Shown here: positions 1 through 13,090 of the stretch, piece by piece
How the letters are laid out: each line of letters begins with the position of its first letter
Position numbering within the stretch: position 1 is the stretch's first letter
NCBI RefSeq assembly: GCF_009914755.1
Contig: NC_060933.1
Reading direction: 5' to 3' (one strand)
Origin: the human T2T-CHM13v2.0 reference genome, Homo sapiens
Length of the DNA: 64,000 bases
Position numbers and translations under genes: made by a program
The notes under the pieces: generated by a model
Told to the model about the DNA's origin: nothing
What the model saw: only the letters and a program-made list of their open reading frames with translations
Databases searched by the model: none

Positions 1-147
1 TTCAACCTAGAATTCTATACCCAGACAAACTGTCAAGATAGAAGAAAGGTATTTTTTTAGACATGCACCCTCCCTCCCCACCTCTGTGAAGCTACTGGAT
101 GATGAATTCCAGCAAAATGAAGAAGTCAGTCAATAAGTAGAACTGAG

Positions 148-479
<332 letters not shown>

Positions 480-1559
480 TTAGTGATTGGAAAAAATATC
501 ACTAGATGTTTGACAGATCTTTGAAGTATTTGAGGGAAAATGGTGATAGGTATATAGAAGACTAAATGAAAACAAGGCAATATCTCTAGGATAAACAAAG
601 ATGTATAATAAAGGAAACATTCATAGTATATTATTGGCTAAGCAGTGAAGAATATTTATATCATCCTAATAATGTAAACACTAACTATTGATTTATCCCC
701 CAAATTGTGATTTTATTGTTTTGGGGGGTTATGGATGGTGATAGTATAATACTGCTGTCATAAGTTAATAGATAATGGATAAATCTAATGAATTCAGAAA
801 GAGCAAGATGATGTTACTAGCTAAAAATCTGAAGGAGGCTGTCTCTGCGGAAACATACAGGGGAAAGGGATTGCTGTTTTTTATTACCAGATTTTTACAA
901 GACTATTTTTAGCCTTTTTTACAAGACTTTTAGTACTGCTTGAGTTTTAACCATGTTATGTATATTACTTTGATTAAAAAGAAAAATTAATTTAAAAAAA
1001 TGAGCATACTAATACCATTAATTTTCTCCTTCTAGAGAAAAATGTTTAACAGTTAGGTTTAGACTTGTTAATTATAAAAATATAGTAGTCTTACTGTAAT
1101 GAGATTTTCTAGAAAGCGGATTTACTCTAAGGCAGTTCAGATTTGGTCCCCAGCTGAGAATTATAGCCTGGAAATACCAACAGAAAAATCAGTGTCATTT
1201 GAAGGACAGTCATCTGTGCAGCCTGTGCATGAAATCATGGGTCTGAATTAGGCCCCCATTCAAGATGCGGGGGTGTGGGGTTTGTGTTTTGCTGAAGCTG
1301 TGGTTGCAAATCTTTGCTTTAGGATGAAAGGTGGGGCTCTCTGTTACATTTGAACCTTAGTTGCTACTCCTACCTCACAGCTAGTGTTTCTTTCTCTTCA
1401 TAAAATAAATTGATTTCCTGGTCCCTTGGAAAACCTCCAGACTGCTTTCTGGAATCATTTTCATATAGCATGTTTGTTAATTTGAGCTCTTGACTGAGTC
1501 CCAGTGAGATGTAGGCAGGAACACAGACCTGATACAGAAATAGTCCTCTTTTGGAAATA

Positions 1560-1770
1560 ACAATAGCTACTGTTTATCGAGCACCTTCTGTGCTTTGGGC
1601 ACTCTCCCTACATGATTCCTAATCTTCATAATAACCCTGTGAGATAACTACTCTTATGACTACCTCCCATTTTTCAGATGAGAAAATTGAGGCTCTGAGA
1701 GGTGAAGTCGTTGCCCATGGCCCCACAGTGAGTGGCAGATCTGAGACTCAGCGCTAGCCTTTGTGACACA
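1560..1770 (-). mobile_element. MIR
   Basis: Core cccatttttcagatgagaaaattgaggctctgagaggtgaagt. Confidence 0.85.
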
Positions 1771-2441
1771 TAACTCGTGACCAGCAGGTAGTGCTACCCG
1801 ATTGAAAAAATGTGAGACTTAAAGGGATGCATGTGTCCCTATACAGTGGCAAAAACTGGTATGACAGAAGTGATGTTTTAAGCTATGTTATCCTTTAGTT
1901 GGACATACACTGGACCCACAGAGCTAGAGTACCTGGCAGGCTCTTGCTGGACAATGTTTGCTGAATCAGAGAAAGTGGGCTTTGTTGGCATTTGCATGTG
2001 AAATACTGTGCACATACCTCAAGATCTTTGCTGTTCCCCCCCTAAAGCTACTAGCTATGCTGGAAACAGTGAAGGGGTCAGCCAGACCTGGGGTCACCTT
2101 GTCCTGGGGTCCCAAGCCAGGCCTCCTGTCAGGTTCATCTGTCTCTGTTCCACCTGCACTCACACCCAGTCTTGCTGCTGAGAGATGGAGCATCCACATC
2201 CTGAATCCTGCCTCCTTCCCTTGACACACTTCTATGGTGGGTGCCTGCCCAACTTTTTCTTAATAGGACTAAATTCCAAATTAAAAAAAAAATTCAGTCT
2301 CTCTCCTCTAATCATCCAAGAAGAGTCCTCTTTTGGTAACTTGTTCTAGAACTATGCCTATCTTAAATTCAGAAATTGCTTTCAAATGAATTAAATTTTA
2401 GAAATATCCATTCCTGTTCGTCCTATTCCCAGTGAAAATAA

Positions 2442-2776
<335 letters not shown>

Positions 2777-2995
2777 CCAAACAGTGGATTTCCATCTTAC
2801 ATATGCATACAGATCATCTGGGAGCTTCAGATCCAGCCCATTACACATATTCTGATTCTAGACTAGAAACCAAGACTCCGCATTTTAAGCAAGCCCCACA
2901 TTATTCAAAATAGATTGTCCATGGATTATGCTTTTAGAAACATTGTTCAGATCCCATGCTTTAATGTTGGGGAGTTTATCCTTTCCTTCTAAATA

Positions 2996-3212
2996 TTTTT
3001 TTTTTTTTTTGAGATGGAGTCTCGCTCTGTTGCCCAGGCTGGAGTGTGGTGGTGCGATCACTGCTCACTGCATCCTCCACCTCCCAGGTTCAAGCAATTC
3101 TCTGCCTCAGCCTCCCGAGTAGCTGGGATTACAGATGCCCGCTACCACGCCCAGCTAATTTTTTTGTACTTTTAGTAGAGATGGGGTTTCACCATCTCAA
3201 AAAAAAAAAAAA
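2996..3212 (-). mobile_element. Truncated/chimeric Alu
   Basis: Antisense right arm and linker, then an abrupt switch to ccatctc(A)14. Confidence 0.9.
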
Positions 3213-4879
3213 TCTTAAATAGCTCTAGTTCCCTGAATTATTTTCTCCTAAGACATGTTTTCCCAACAGTTAATGTTACTTATTTCATCTTCTGATCTTA
3301 CTCATATTATCCACCTTTCACTTAAATTGGAAATTTTCTGCCATTTTACAAAGTTCAAGACTTTCCTACCTTCCTACCTCCTGGCTGTGTGAACTTGGAC
3401 AGAATACTTCCCCCTCTCCCTCCAGTCAGTTTTCTTACTTGTGAAATGGAATTAAACTATACAAAATCATTAGGTTACTGTGAGGCTTAAGAGTGCCTGG
3501 CACATATTACATGCACATTAAAAATGTATTTCTTCCCAAACTAATGCAACATAGCAAACAAGTTAGTTCACAGTCTTTAATTTCTTTCCTTTTCCCTTTC
3601 TTTTTAGCTAATAGCTTTTGGGTCTTAGGCTGATTAGAAGGAATCCTTCTTGGGGTGTTCTTCTGGTAAGAAGATTGAAGCTCTCCTTTATTTGCTTGTA
3701 ACAGAATGCTCTTCGTATCTTTCAAAAGCGTCAAAAGCTGGATATGGAAAGTATAGGCCAGGTTTGATACAGAAGTGTAGTTTGGCAGTTTTTTCAGTAT
3801 CCATTGCCACTAATTCAGTATTTTGTTAGATCTGTTGATGTATGGTTTTATAACTAAAATTAAAAAGATTTGGGTACAGTTTATAAGCATTATTCATTTT
3901 AAGAGGATTTAAGAGGATAAGATCATTTTAGACTCAAGAGCAGAATATTAGTAATAATAATTAGCTTAAAAAAATAAACATATACCAATATAAAGAACAG
4001 CACAAGGCAAGCAAATATCTGGGCCTATATTAACAGACGGTATTCAAGGATATGGCTAGAATTTCCAAAATGCCTAATAATGTGTAATTCTTGGCATTAA
4101 GCCGCCAATTTGAATATGGCCCTTTAATATGAAATGCTATATAATGACAGACTTTATTATAGTCTGATCCAAGGCCCCTGAACTTTCCAAAAGGGCAACA
4201 AAACAGACAGATACTGTATTTTTTCACTAGTTGGTACTGGTGGCACCCTTTTGAGTGTTATTTTTGGCATTACGTGTAGAGGTTGACAGATTCAAGACAA
4301 CACTAAACATGTTAGCAGTCACCACACGCAGGCTGTCCAGCAGAATGACAGCGCTTCCCAGATCCTAGAAAGCATCCAGAGTCACTGCACCCATCCCCTG
4401 GGGGCCCTGTAGTCCTGCATCTCCAGATGATGGGAGCTGCAAACTTCCCTGATGGTGCCCTCTTGGATGCTCATGAGGCCTGATCTGGTACCACGACTCT
4501 AGCAGTAGGTCCATTCAATGGCAGTAAAAATACATGTTGTATGTTGATCAGAATTTGGCAGGACACATGTGGAAAGTTAATGACATCCTGGCCGAGAACC
4601 CCTGTGATATACACTGGTTACATCCTGTCCAACTGGAGTTTTTATGTGCTGTTTTTGGCAGAGCCAAGTGAAGATCTTGTTACTTAGCCATTCCTGAGGT
4701 ACTGAAGATACCCGGGTTTTTGTCATTACAGGATAGGCTAGAAAGTAGCCAGGGTCTCATAACCAAGGCTTTCTCTGAAACATATAATGACAATGCTAGT
4801 TATTTGACCAAAGATATCCAATGCTTTAATCCACTTGGAATTTATTCTTGATGTGAAGGGTCAGCATCATCCACTGGTC

Positions 4880-5100
4880 GGGAGCCTGATCCTTGGAGCC
4901 AGGCAGACCTGGGTTGAGTCCATCTCCGCCTGTTTCCAGCTGTGGGCAAGGTGTCTGACTTCTCTGAGCATCTGTGGGGTTTGTTTGTTTTTAAACCTGA
5001 AGAATTGGGATAATCTGTTTCCTCACAGAATCATTACGCAGATGCAATACAGTTAATGAAGGTAACATGGCACATAGGAAGAGCACAATACACGTCAGCT
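4880..5100 (+). mobile_element. MIR
   Basis: ggagccaggcagacctgggttgagtcc...agctgtgggcaag...ctctgagcatc pattern. Confidence 0.75.
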
Positions 5101-6165
5101 CTTACTCTTCATGGCTAGAAGATGTGGACTAAACTTCCCCCTTTACAGTTTTGTGATTAACACCATTTATGAAAGAAATAAATGAAATAAATTCCTTTTC
5201 CTGTCATGAGGGGAACTTACCTGATTTTATTGAATTATTTGGTGCCATTGAGTTCCTTATTGTTTCCCTCTGACCTAGATTTCTGGGTGTGCGCCAGTAA
5301 CACGACTGTGATTGTTGCTGCTTTATAACATTGTCTGTGGTCAGTCCAAACAAGAGTTTAAAATAATTGAATGAAATGGATTTTAAACAATGGTCCCCCC
5401 ACCCTCACCCCGTGGCACTCGGCCAAAGGAAGAGGAAAAGTTCTCTGTTAAAGAAAATGAATCAGAGAAGAGGCCCAGACCGTGCCTCCGAAAATTCTCA
5501 TTGTAGGGACTAAGTCCTCTCACTCTGAACTCACACCCGTCTGTTCGCAGCCTGACCTCATATCCTGGTCTGGATGTGCGGCCTCACCGGGGTGTCGTGC
5601 GCACGTGTGGTTGTCCTGTGGGTGCCAGCTCTGACTTCCTCCCCAGACACCCACTGCCTCAGCCTTAATCACAGGACGCGCGTTGAGTAGAAATGAGACC
5701 AGTTAGTATTGGTAACTGCAGAGGAATATGCATTTTCACCAGCGTTCTCGGGTCAGAGGGTTTGCCTGGCACCGCGTACTGGGAAACTCGCCAAAAGCGG
5801 TGCAGGTTGGAGACGCCCCAGGCCGCGGTGGAGTTGCGCGCGGCTTCTAAAGTGGAGTGGAGCAGGCCTGCACCCTCCCCGCCGGGTCTGGGACGGCGCT
5901 TCCAGGCGGAGAAAGACCTCCGCGGGCCGCGCGCGGCCTTCCCCCTGCGAGGATCGCCATTGGCCCGGGTTGGCTTTGGAAAGCGGCGGTGGCTTTGGGC
6001 CGGGCTCGGCCTCGGGAACGCCAGGGGCCCCTGGGTGCGGACGGGCGCGGCCAGGAGGGGGTTAAGGCGCAGGCGGCGGCGGGGCGGGGGCGGGCCTGGC
6101 GGGCGCCCTCTCCGGGCCCTTTGTTAACAGGCGCGTCCCGGCCAGGCGGAGACGCGGCCGCGGCC

Positions 6166-6198
6166 ATGGGCGGGCGCGGGCGCGCGGGGCGGCGGTGA
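6166..6198 (+). CDS. Upstream ORF (MGGRGRAGRR*) in exon 1a 5'UTR
   Basis: GCGGCCATGG optimal Kozak context at 6166, TGA at 6196-6198. Translation is not proven and depends on the TSS lying upstream of 6166. Confidence 0.6.
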   Translation: MGGRGRAGRR

Positions 6199-6318
6199 GG
6201 GCGGCCTGGCGGGGCCGGGGGCGCCCGGGGGGGCGCGCGGGCCGAGCCGGGCCTGAGCCGGGCCCGCGGACCGAGCTGGGAGAGGGGCTCCGGCCCCCGA
6301 CGTCGCTGGCGCGGGAAA

Positions 6319-6397
6319 ATGTTGGAGATCTGCCTGAAGCTGGTGGGCTGCAAATCCAAGAAGGGGCTGTCCTCGTCCTCCAGCTGTTATCTGGAAG
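6319..6397 (+). CDS. ABL1: ABL1 exon 1a coding part ([26 protein letters not shown])
   Basis: ATG at 6319; donor AAG|GTAAGC after 6397; 79 nt, phase 1. Confidence 0.99.
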
Positions 6398-6506
6398 GTA
6401 AGCCCGGGCCGCACGGGTTGGGCTGAGTAGCCGCGCGCCCTCCCGCTGCTGCTGGGCCCTTCCTAGGCCTCGCCGCCCGCGCGCTCCCGCCTGCGCCCTC
6501 CCCGGG

Positions 6507-6655
6507 TCTTGTCTTTTTTTTCTTTCTTCCCTCTTCTCTTCTCTTCAGTTCTCTTATATTCTGTCTCTCTTTCTTTCTCTCTGTGTCTGTCTCTTTTCTC
6601 TTCTCTTGTCTCTCTCTTTTTCTCTTTCTCTCTCTCTGTCTCTTTCTCTTTCTCG
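6507..6655 (+). repeat. CT-rich polypyrimidine low-complexity tract
   Basis: About 150 nt almost entirely C/T with (TC)n runs. Confidence 0.95.
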
Positions 6656-6853
6656 CGATGGCCCCTAGGCGCCGCCGGCGGAGCGTGGCCCCCAGCCCCG
6701 GCACCAGCCCCGGTAGAGCCACGCCGGATGGTGACGGCGGCGTCCGGGGCCCCACAGTGCGGGCTCCCCCGAAAAAGTTTGAGAAAGCCAACTCGCCAGG
6801 CCTTAACATCCCTGGGATCCCACGTTGTGGAATTTCCACCGTTAATTGGGACT

Positions 6854-6943
6854 GTGTGTTAAAAAGATCGACCCGTGTTTGTGAAAACATGCGATTTCCA
6901 TTAAGCATCATGTACACAAGGAGCACCACTCTACCATTTATGG
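6854..6943 (+). pseudogene. Putative non-functional human counterpart of mouse c-abl type III 5' exon
   Basis: Reads KRSTR...IKHHVH/(frameshift)RSTTLPFM-G versus recalled mouse isoform III MSQRWTYTKCRVQRDPALPFM. The expected donor position 6944-6945 is AT. Confidence 0.65.
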
Positions 6944-7414
6944 ATACAGAATTTCAAGTGATCTTTCCATCTCCCCCACCCCCATCTTATCTACAGACCA
7001 CGAAGAGGTCTTAGGAATTCGCTCTCTTTTCAGGGGAGGGGAGCCCATTTAAGAAGGCGTTTCCAAGGAGTCCCCCAGAGTACTGGGGTGTCATGTTCGT
7101 TTCCTTAAGTGAAGCTCAGGGCCAGGAGGGCTTCACTTTTGCGTTCTTTCTACCTACTCTCCTTCTCTAATTACATCTGTTTTATTTTATTTTTCTTTCC
7201 TGTTGTAGTCTTTAGTTTTATAAATGGAAAAAAAGTAAATTAAGGGTTATGGGTCTTCACTTTCGTAGCTTCTAGGTGGGTATGAAATTGATCTGATTTG
7301 AGACTGGTGCTCCCAGACCATTGCCTTCAGCAGAAAGGCTATCTGTGCTTCAGAGATGGAGTGGCACTTGGACTTCTCTGTTGTTTTCAACTAAGAATAT
7401 AAGAGTAAAAATGT

Positions 7415-7750
<336 letters not shown>

Positions 7751-8904
7751 TCAAGTAGGATTTCTGCTAGAATGCCATGTTTTTCTTTTTAAAAAAGCAG
7801 GAGAAATAAACAGGCCTCATTTATTTTCTAACCTATTTTTCTTTCCTTAACCTCTGACTCTACCCTGAAGGCCTGCTTGGAGTCACATATGCAGATCGCA
7901 CTAGTGATGTGGGTGAAACCTGTTTGCCCTTCTTGCCACAGTTTGTGTACCTCACTCCTCTTCTGTCTCTGGGATTCCAGGGGGCTGAATGGCCCAGAGA
8001 AGGCTCATCTAGGTGGAGTGGGCTCACAGAGCCTAGCATTTGGAGGGTGGAGATTGTTTATTTGTCCCTAAAAGTTGATGTCTGAGCATTCCAAATCATC
8101 TTCAATTAATACATCGCTTATTTTTTCCAAGTTGCTCAAAATTCTGAGCACATTCTCATTTACATCTGTATCGAGTTAGTGTTAGGCATCATCATCTCCA
8201 CTTTGCAGATGGGTGCCTAAGGCGGGGATGAATGGACTTTTGTAAGTGCAGAGCTGGAGCAAAGTTTAGGTCACAGCTTTGCCAAGTCATTGTTTTGTTT
8301 TCCTGGGAGTAAACCGGAGATTTAGTATGGACCTGGCTGGTTTAATTATTGTTTTGGGAAAAAAATCTAAAACTCATTCCAACATGTCTTGAAATGAATT
8401 ATAATGTTGACTCTAAAGTCTCAAAAAAAAAAAAAAGTTCTAGTACAGCAGACTGCCTTGGGTTAAACCTTCTTCTAGGAAGGTGTCACTCTAGGAATTC
8501 TTTCTTACTGAGTTTTCTTCTTTTCGTTGTTATAGTTAATTAGAGAAAGTAAATGGAATTATCATTTTGTAGTTGGTAGACTTTAACAAGCCTCAGCGAT
8601 AGTCTTTTAAAGACTGGAAGTGCTATTTGTCTTTTGGGAAAAATAGTTCCTAACATCTGGATGAGTAATCCAGGCTTTCCACTTTCACTGACAGCCTAAA
8701 TCAGTCAATCAGTGTCGATCAGTCAGTCAGTGTTTATTGACGCCCACTCAGGGTCCCAGGCATTCCCTGTCAGGGAGAGAATTGAATGAGATCAAGTTTT
8801 TCATTGTTCTATCAAAGAAGCTTCCACCATAAATGTGGTTTGATGGTGCATGCTACCTGCTACTCAGCCTAGCTGTCAAAGCAACACTGGTAAACATAAA
8901 GATG

Positions 8905-9130
8905 GCTAGCAATTATTAAATGCTTACTATGTGCCAAATACTGTTTTATTACTCTATGTGATCTGATATAGTTATATTTCATGATAGCACTATGATTATT
9001 TCCATTTTATAGATGAGGAAACTGAGTCACCAAAAGGTTAGGTAACTTGTCTAGGGTCACAGAGCCAGTGAGTGGGGGTACTGGAATTTGAACTCATGCT
9101 ATCTGGCTTGGGAGAGCCCACTTTTAGCCA
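8905..9130 (-). mobile_element. MIR
   Basis: ccattttatagatgaggaaactgag...gtaacttgtctagggtcacagagccagtgagtgg. Confidence 0.9.
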
Positions 9131-9769
9131 CTGGATGCTCTACTGATGTCTCTTTTGGAATTCACTGTGATTTTCAAAATGGTATCTCCAGAAACTCCTC
9201 CAATTAATCCCTGAAATGTAAGGGTAGTCTCTTTTTCTTTTCTAGAAACCTGATCCTGGCAAAATGATTAGCTTTAACAGTAGGATTAATTTTTTTTAAA
9301 TGTATATAAAAATACTTGTATGTAAGAAATCCTAAAAGGGTATTTAGTGAAAAGTAATTCCCTCTCCTATTCATTTTCCCCACCTAGAGGCAATCACCCT
9401 GGAGTTTTATGTGTGTCCTTCTAGAAATACTGTGTGCACATATAAGCATTTATTATAACATGTGAATTTTGCTCTCCAGCTTTTTGTGAATATGCATGTT
9501 TATAGCAGTATCTATTCACCAGGACCGCATTTAGCTTTGCAATATTCGGTCTACTTTGAACACTGAATTTTCTGATTATTTCTTTCCCCTGGAGACGTCA
9601 AAGAAAACATGAACACTAGCCTTTTGAATTCAGGGTTTTCTTTTCATTTTATTTTCATTTGTTCATGTGTTTGTATTTACATACATTGTGCCTGAATATT
9701 GTACATGTATGTGACAGTTGTGTACTGTAGAATCAAAAACTAATGTCTGTGAACTGAACTCTTCTTGAA

Positions 9770-10100
9770 CTTTTTGTTGTTGTTGTTATTGTTGCTTTTG
9801 GAGATAGGGTCTTGCTCTGTCACCCAGGCTGGACTGCAGTGGCACAATCACAGCTCACTGCAGCCTTGAGCTCCTGGTCTCAAGCAACCCTCCCACCTCA
9901 GCCTCCCAAGTAGCTGGGGCTGCAGGCATATGCTACCTGACTAATTAAAATTTTTTTTTTTTTTTTGTAGAGACAGGGTCTCACTATTTTTACTAGTTTG
10001 CCCGGGCCAAGCCAGTGTTGAACTACTGGCCTCAAGTGATCCTCCCACCTTGGCCTCCCCAAAGTGCATCCCTACAGGCATGAGCCACTGCACTCAGCCT
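9770..10100 (-). mobile_element. Alu (AluJ-like)
   Basis: Diverged antisense Alu with (GTT)n tail. Confidence 0.9.
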
Positions 10101-11506
10101 GAACTTTCGAAATTTATTTTAAGGGCCCACTTTTAAATGCTTCTTTTCAGCAGCTAACTTTCCAGCGGATGCTTCATGTGGTGCCAGCCATACAGATACG
10201 CTTTTAGAACTTGAGCTTTGGAGAAGCTTATGCTTGCTTTCTGCTCTCTCCTGAGGTCATCAGATACTTCCCTTGTTCAGTAACAAAGAAAGTGAGACTC
10301 TTTCTGTTACCTAATAAAAGGCCAGTCTGTCCATTTCATTTTGGGTGCTATTAACATTGTTGACCATTTACAATGTCACAGGCCCTGGCACTGAGCACAT
10401 CATGTGCAGCCTCACTTAATTTTCACACCAGTGCCCTGAGGTTTCTAGAAAAGAGGAAGGGCCCCAGTTTAGGTGGCAGTACTTTTCAATTTGGAGGCAG
10501 GAGATCCCAGTTTTCCTCTGACCTCTCTGAGCTTCCGTGTTTTTACCTCTAAGACAGAGAGACCAATCTCTGTTCAGCCACCTTAGAGGATTGTTTTGAG
10601 GGTCTATAAGATGATTGAGGGAAAGCTCTGAAACTGGTAAGAGTTAAATGTATGTTTGTGTTATGTTGATACGAGATTCCTCTGAGATGCTCTTTAGTCC
10701 AGGCAGGTTTATGGCTCACACAGCGTTCCTAGGGTCTCATTCTTCTGCACAGGCAGGCAGCTCCCGAGCCAGCCAGTCTGGACCCAAATGCCACCTGTGC
10801 TCTTGGCTGGTCTTGCGCATTCACCGAGGCTCACTGTACCTTGGTGTTCCCATTTCTAAAATAAGGCCTGTAGTAATCCCTACCTCACTGAGTTGTTGAG
10901 AGACTTCATGTAAATTGTTTAGCAGGGAGCCTGGCACAGAACAAGAGCCTAGCAGAAAAGTAAGCTGTTGTTACTTTAAGCAAATATTTAGCAGCCTAAA
11001 ATGGTGGCTTTACCAGTTTCTGTAATGGTTGAAGTGATGACAGAATTCAGCCAATCCCACCCATAGTTTTTCTTGCTAATAAAGCAGTTTGTTTCTAAGT
11101 GTGTTTTGATGCGTATAATTAATACTTCCTGTCCTTGATTTTTGGCTGAAAAATGTCTTCTCTTCCTCGCACCCTCTGTTATTCCCGTAGTGAATATTTT
11201 CATTGTGGAAGAGAAATTCCCATTGGCTCATGGTTGGCATTTTATTTCTCCTGTCCAGAGACAATATTTCCACAGCCTCAAACGTGAAAACTGAAAATCT
11301 GGTGCCACTTACCACCTTGTAAAATCAAGTCATTGTAATTGTGCCAGTATAATCATTGATCTGAAATAAAAGCAGAAAATAAATCAATGGGTAGCTTTCT
11401 TAAATACATAAGAACTAAAGATCAAATGGGATATTGGAAGACTTTAACTTTTCCTCCATAATGGTGGATCTTAATTAAACACACAGAAGAACAATTTATA
11501 AAATAA

Positions 11507-11749
<243 letters not shown>

Positions 11750-11898
11750 TAACAATTATCAGCTTATAGTCAGTCTTGTTTTCTTACATAATAAAGTTAC
11801 AGTTTCAAAGCCATTAGGAAGAATAGCTTGCTAATTATAATTACTTAGTTTTGATAGTGTAACTTTGTCCTCAGATGGGTAGAATCGTTACTCTGGAA

Positions 11899-12383
<485 letters not shown>

Positions 12384-12402
12384 CTCTAGAAATTGGTTTT
12401 CA

Positions 12403-12746
<344 letters not shown>

Positions 12747-12769
12747 TTATATTGCGTGTGTTGAGTACT

Positions 12770-13090
12770 GGTGATAGGGAAGACAGAGAGAAATAGGTGG
12801 GAAGGAGATAGAGAGAGAGAGAGGGAGGGAGGAAGGGGAGACATAAGGGGGAAATCTATAGAGACAGAGACTGAGAGACAAATACAAAAAGGTTGAGACA
12901 GGAAAGGGAAAAAAAAACAAGCTGGGAGGGAAGGAAGACTGAGAGAAGGGAGACAAAGAGGAATAGGATGGCCAGTGGGGCTGGGGTGGGTGGGTACAGA
13001 GAGAGAATGAGTGAGAGCAAGAGAAGCGCAGGAGACAGATGATGGACAGGCAGCTGATGTATGGATGGGTAGCTGGAGAGAGAGGCCATC
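12770..13090 (+). repeat. GA-rich polypurine low-complexity tract
   Basis: (GA)n/GGAA-rich, strongly strand-asymmetric. Confidence 0.9.

Larger units (their letters stand above)
5670..6800. promoter_or_regulatory. ABL1: CpG island / ABL1 exon 1a (Pa) promoter
   Basis: Very high GC and CpG density, GC box GGGGCGGGG at 6081-6089, E2F-type GCGGGAAAA at 6311-6319, E-box CACGTG just upstream at 5602-5607, no canonical TATA. Boundaries estimated by eye. Confidence 0.9.

Noticed and set aside
6199-6318. Suspected small indel differences from the reference 5'UTR as I remember it
   Set aside because: Cannot be verified from memory in such a GC-rich stretch; needs alignment to GRCh38/CHM13.
5693-6929. 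Multiple overlapping Arg/Gly/Pro-rich ORFs on both strands at the promoter
   Set aside because: Expected from stop-codon scarcity in a CpG island and CT tract; mostly non-ATG starts with no recognisable domains.
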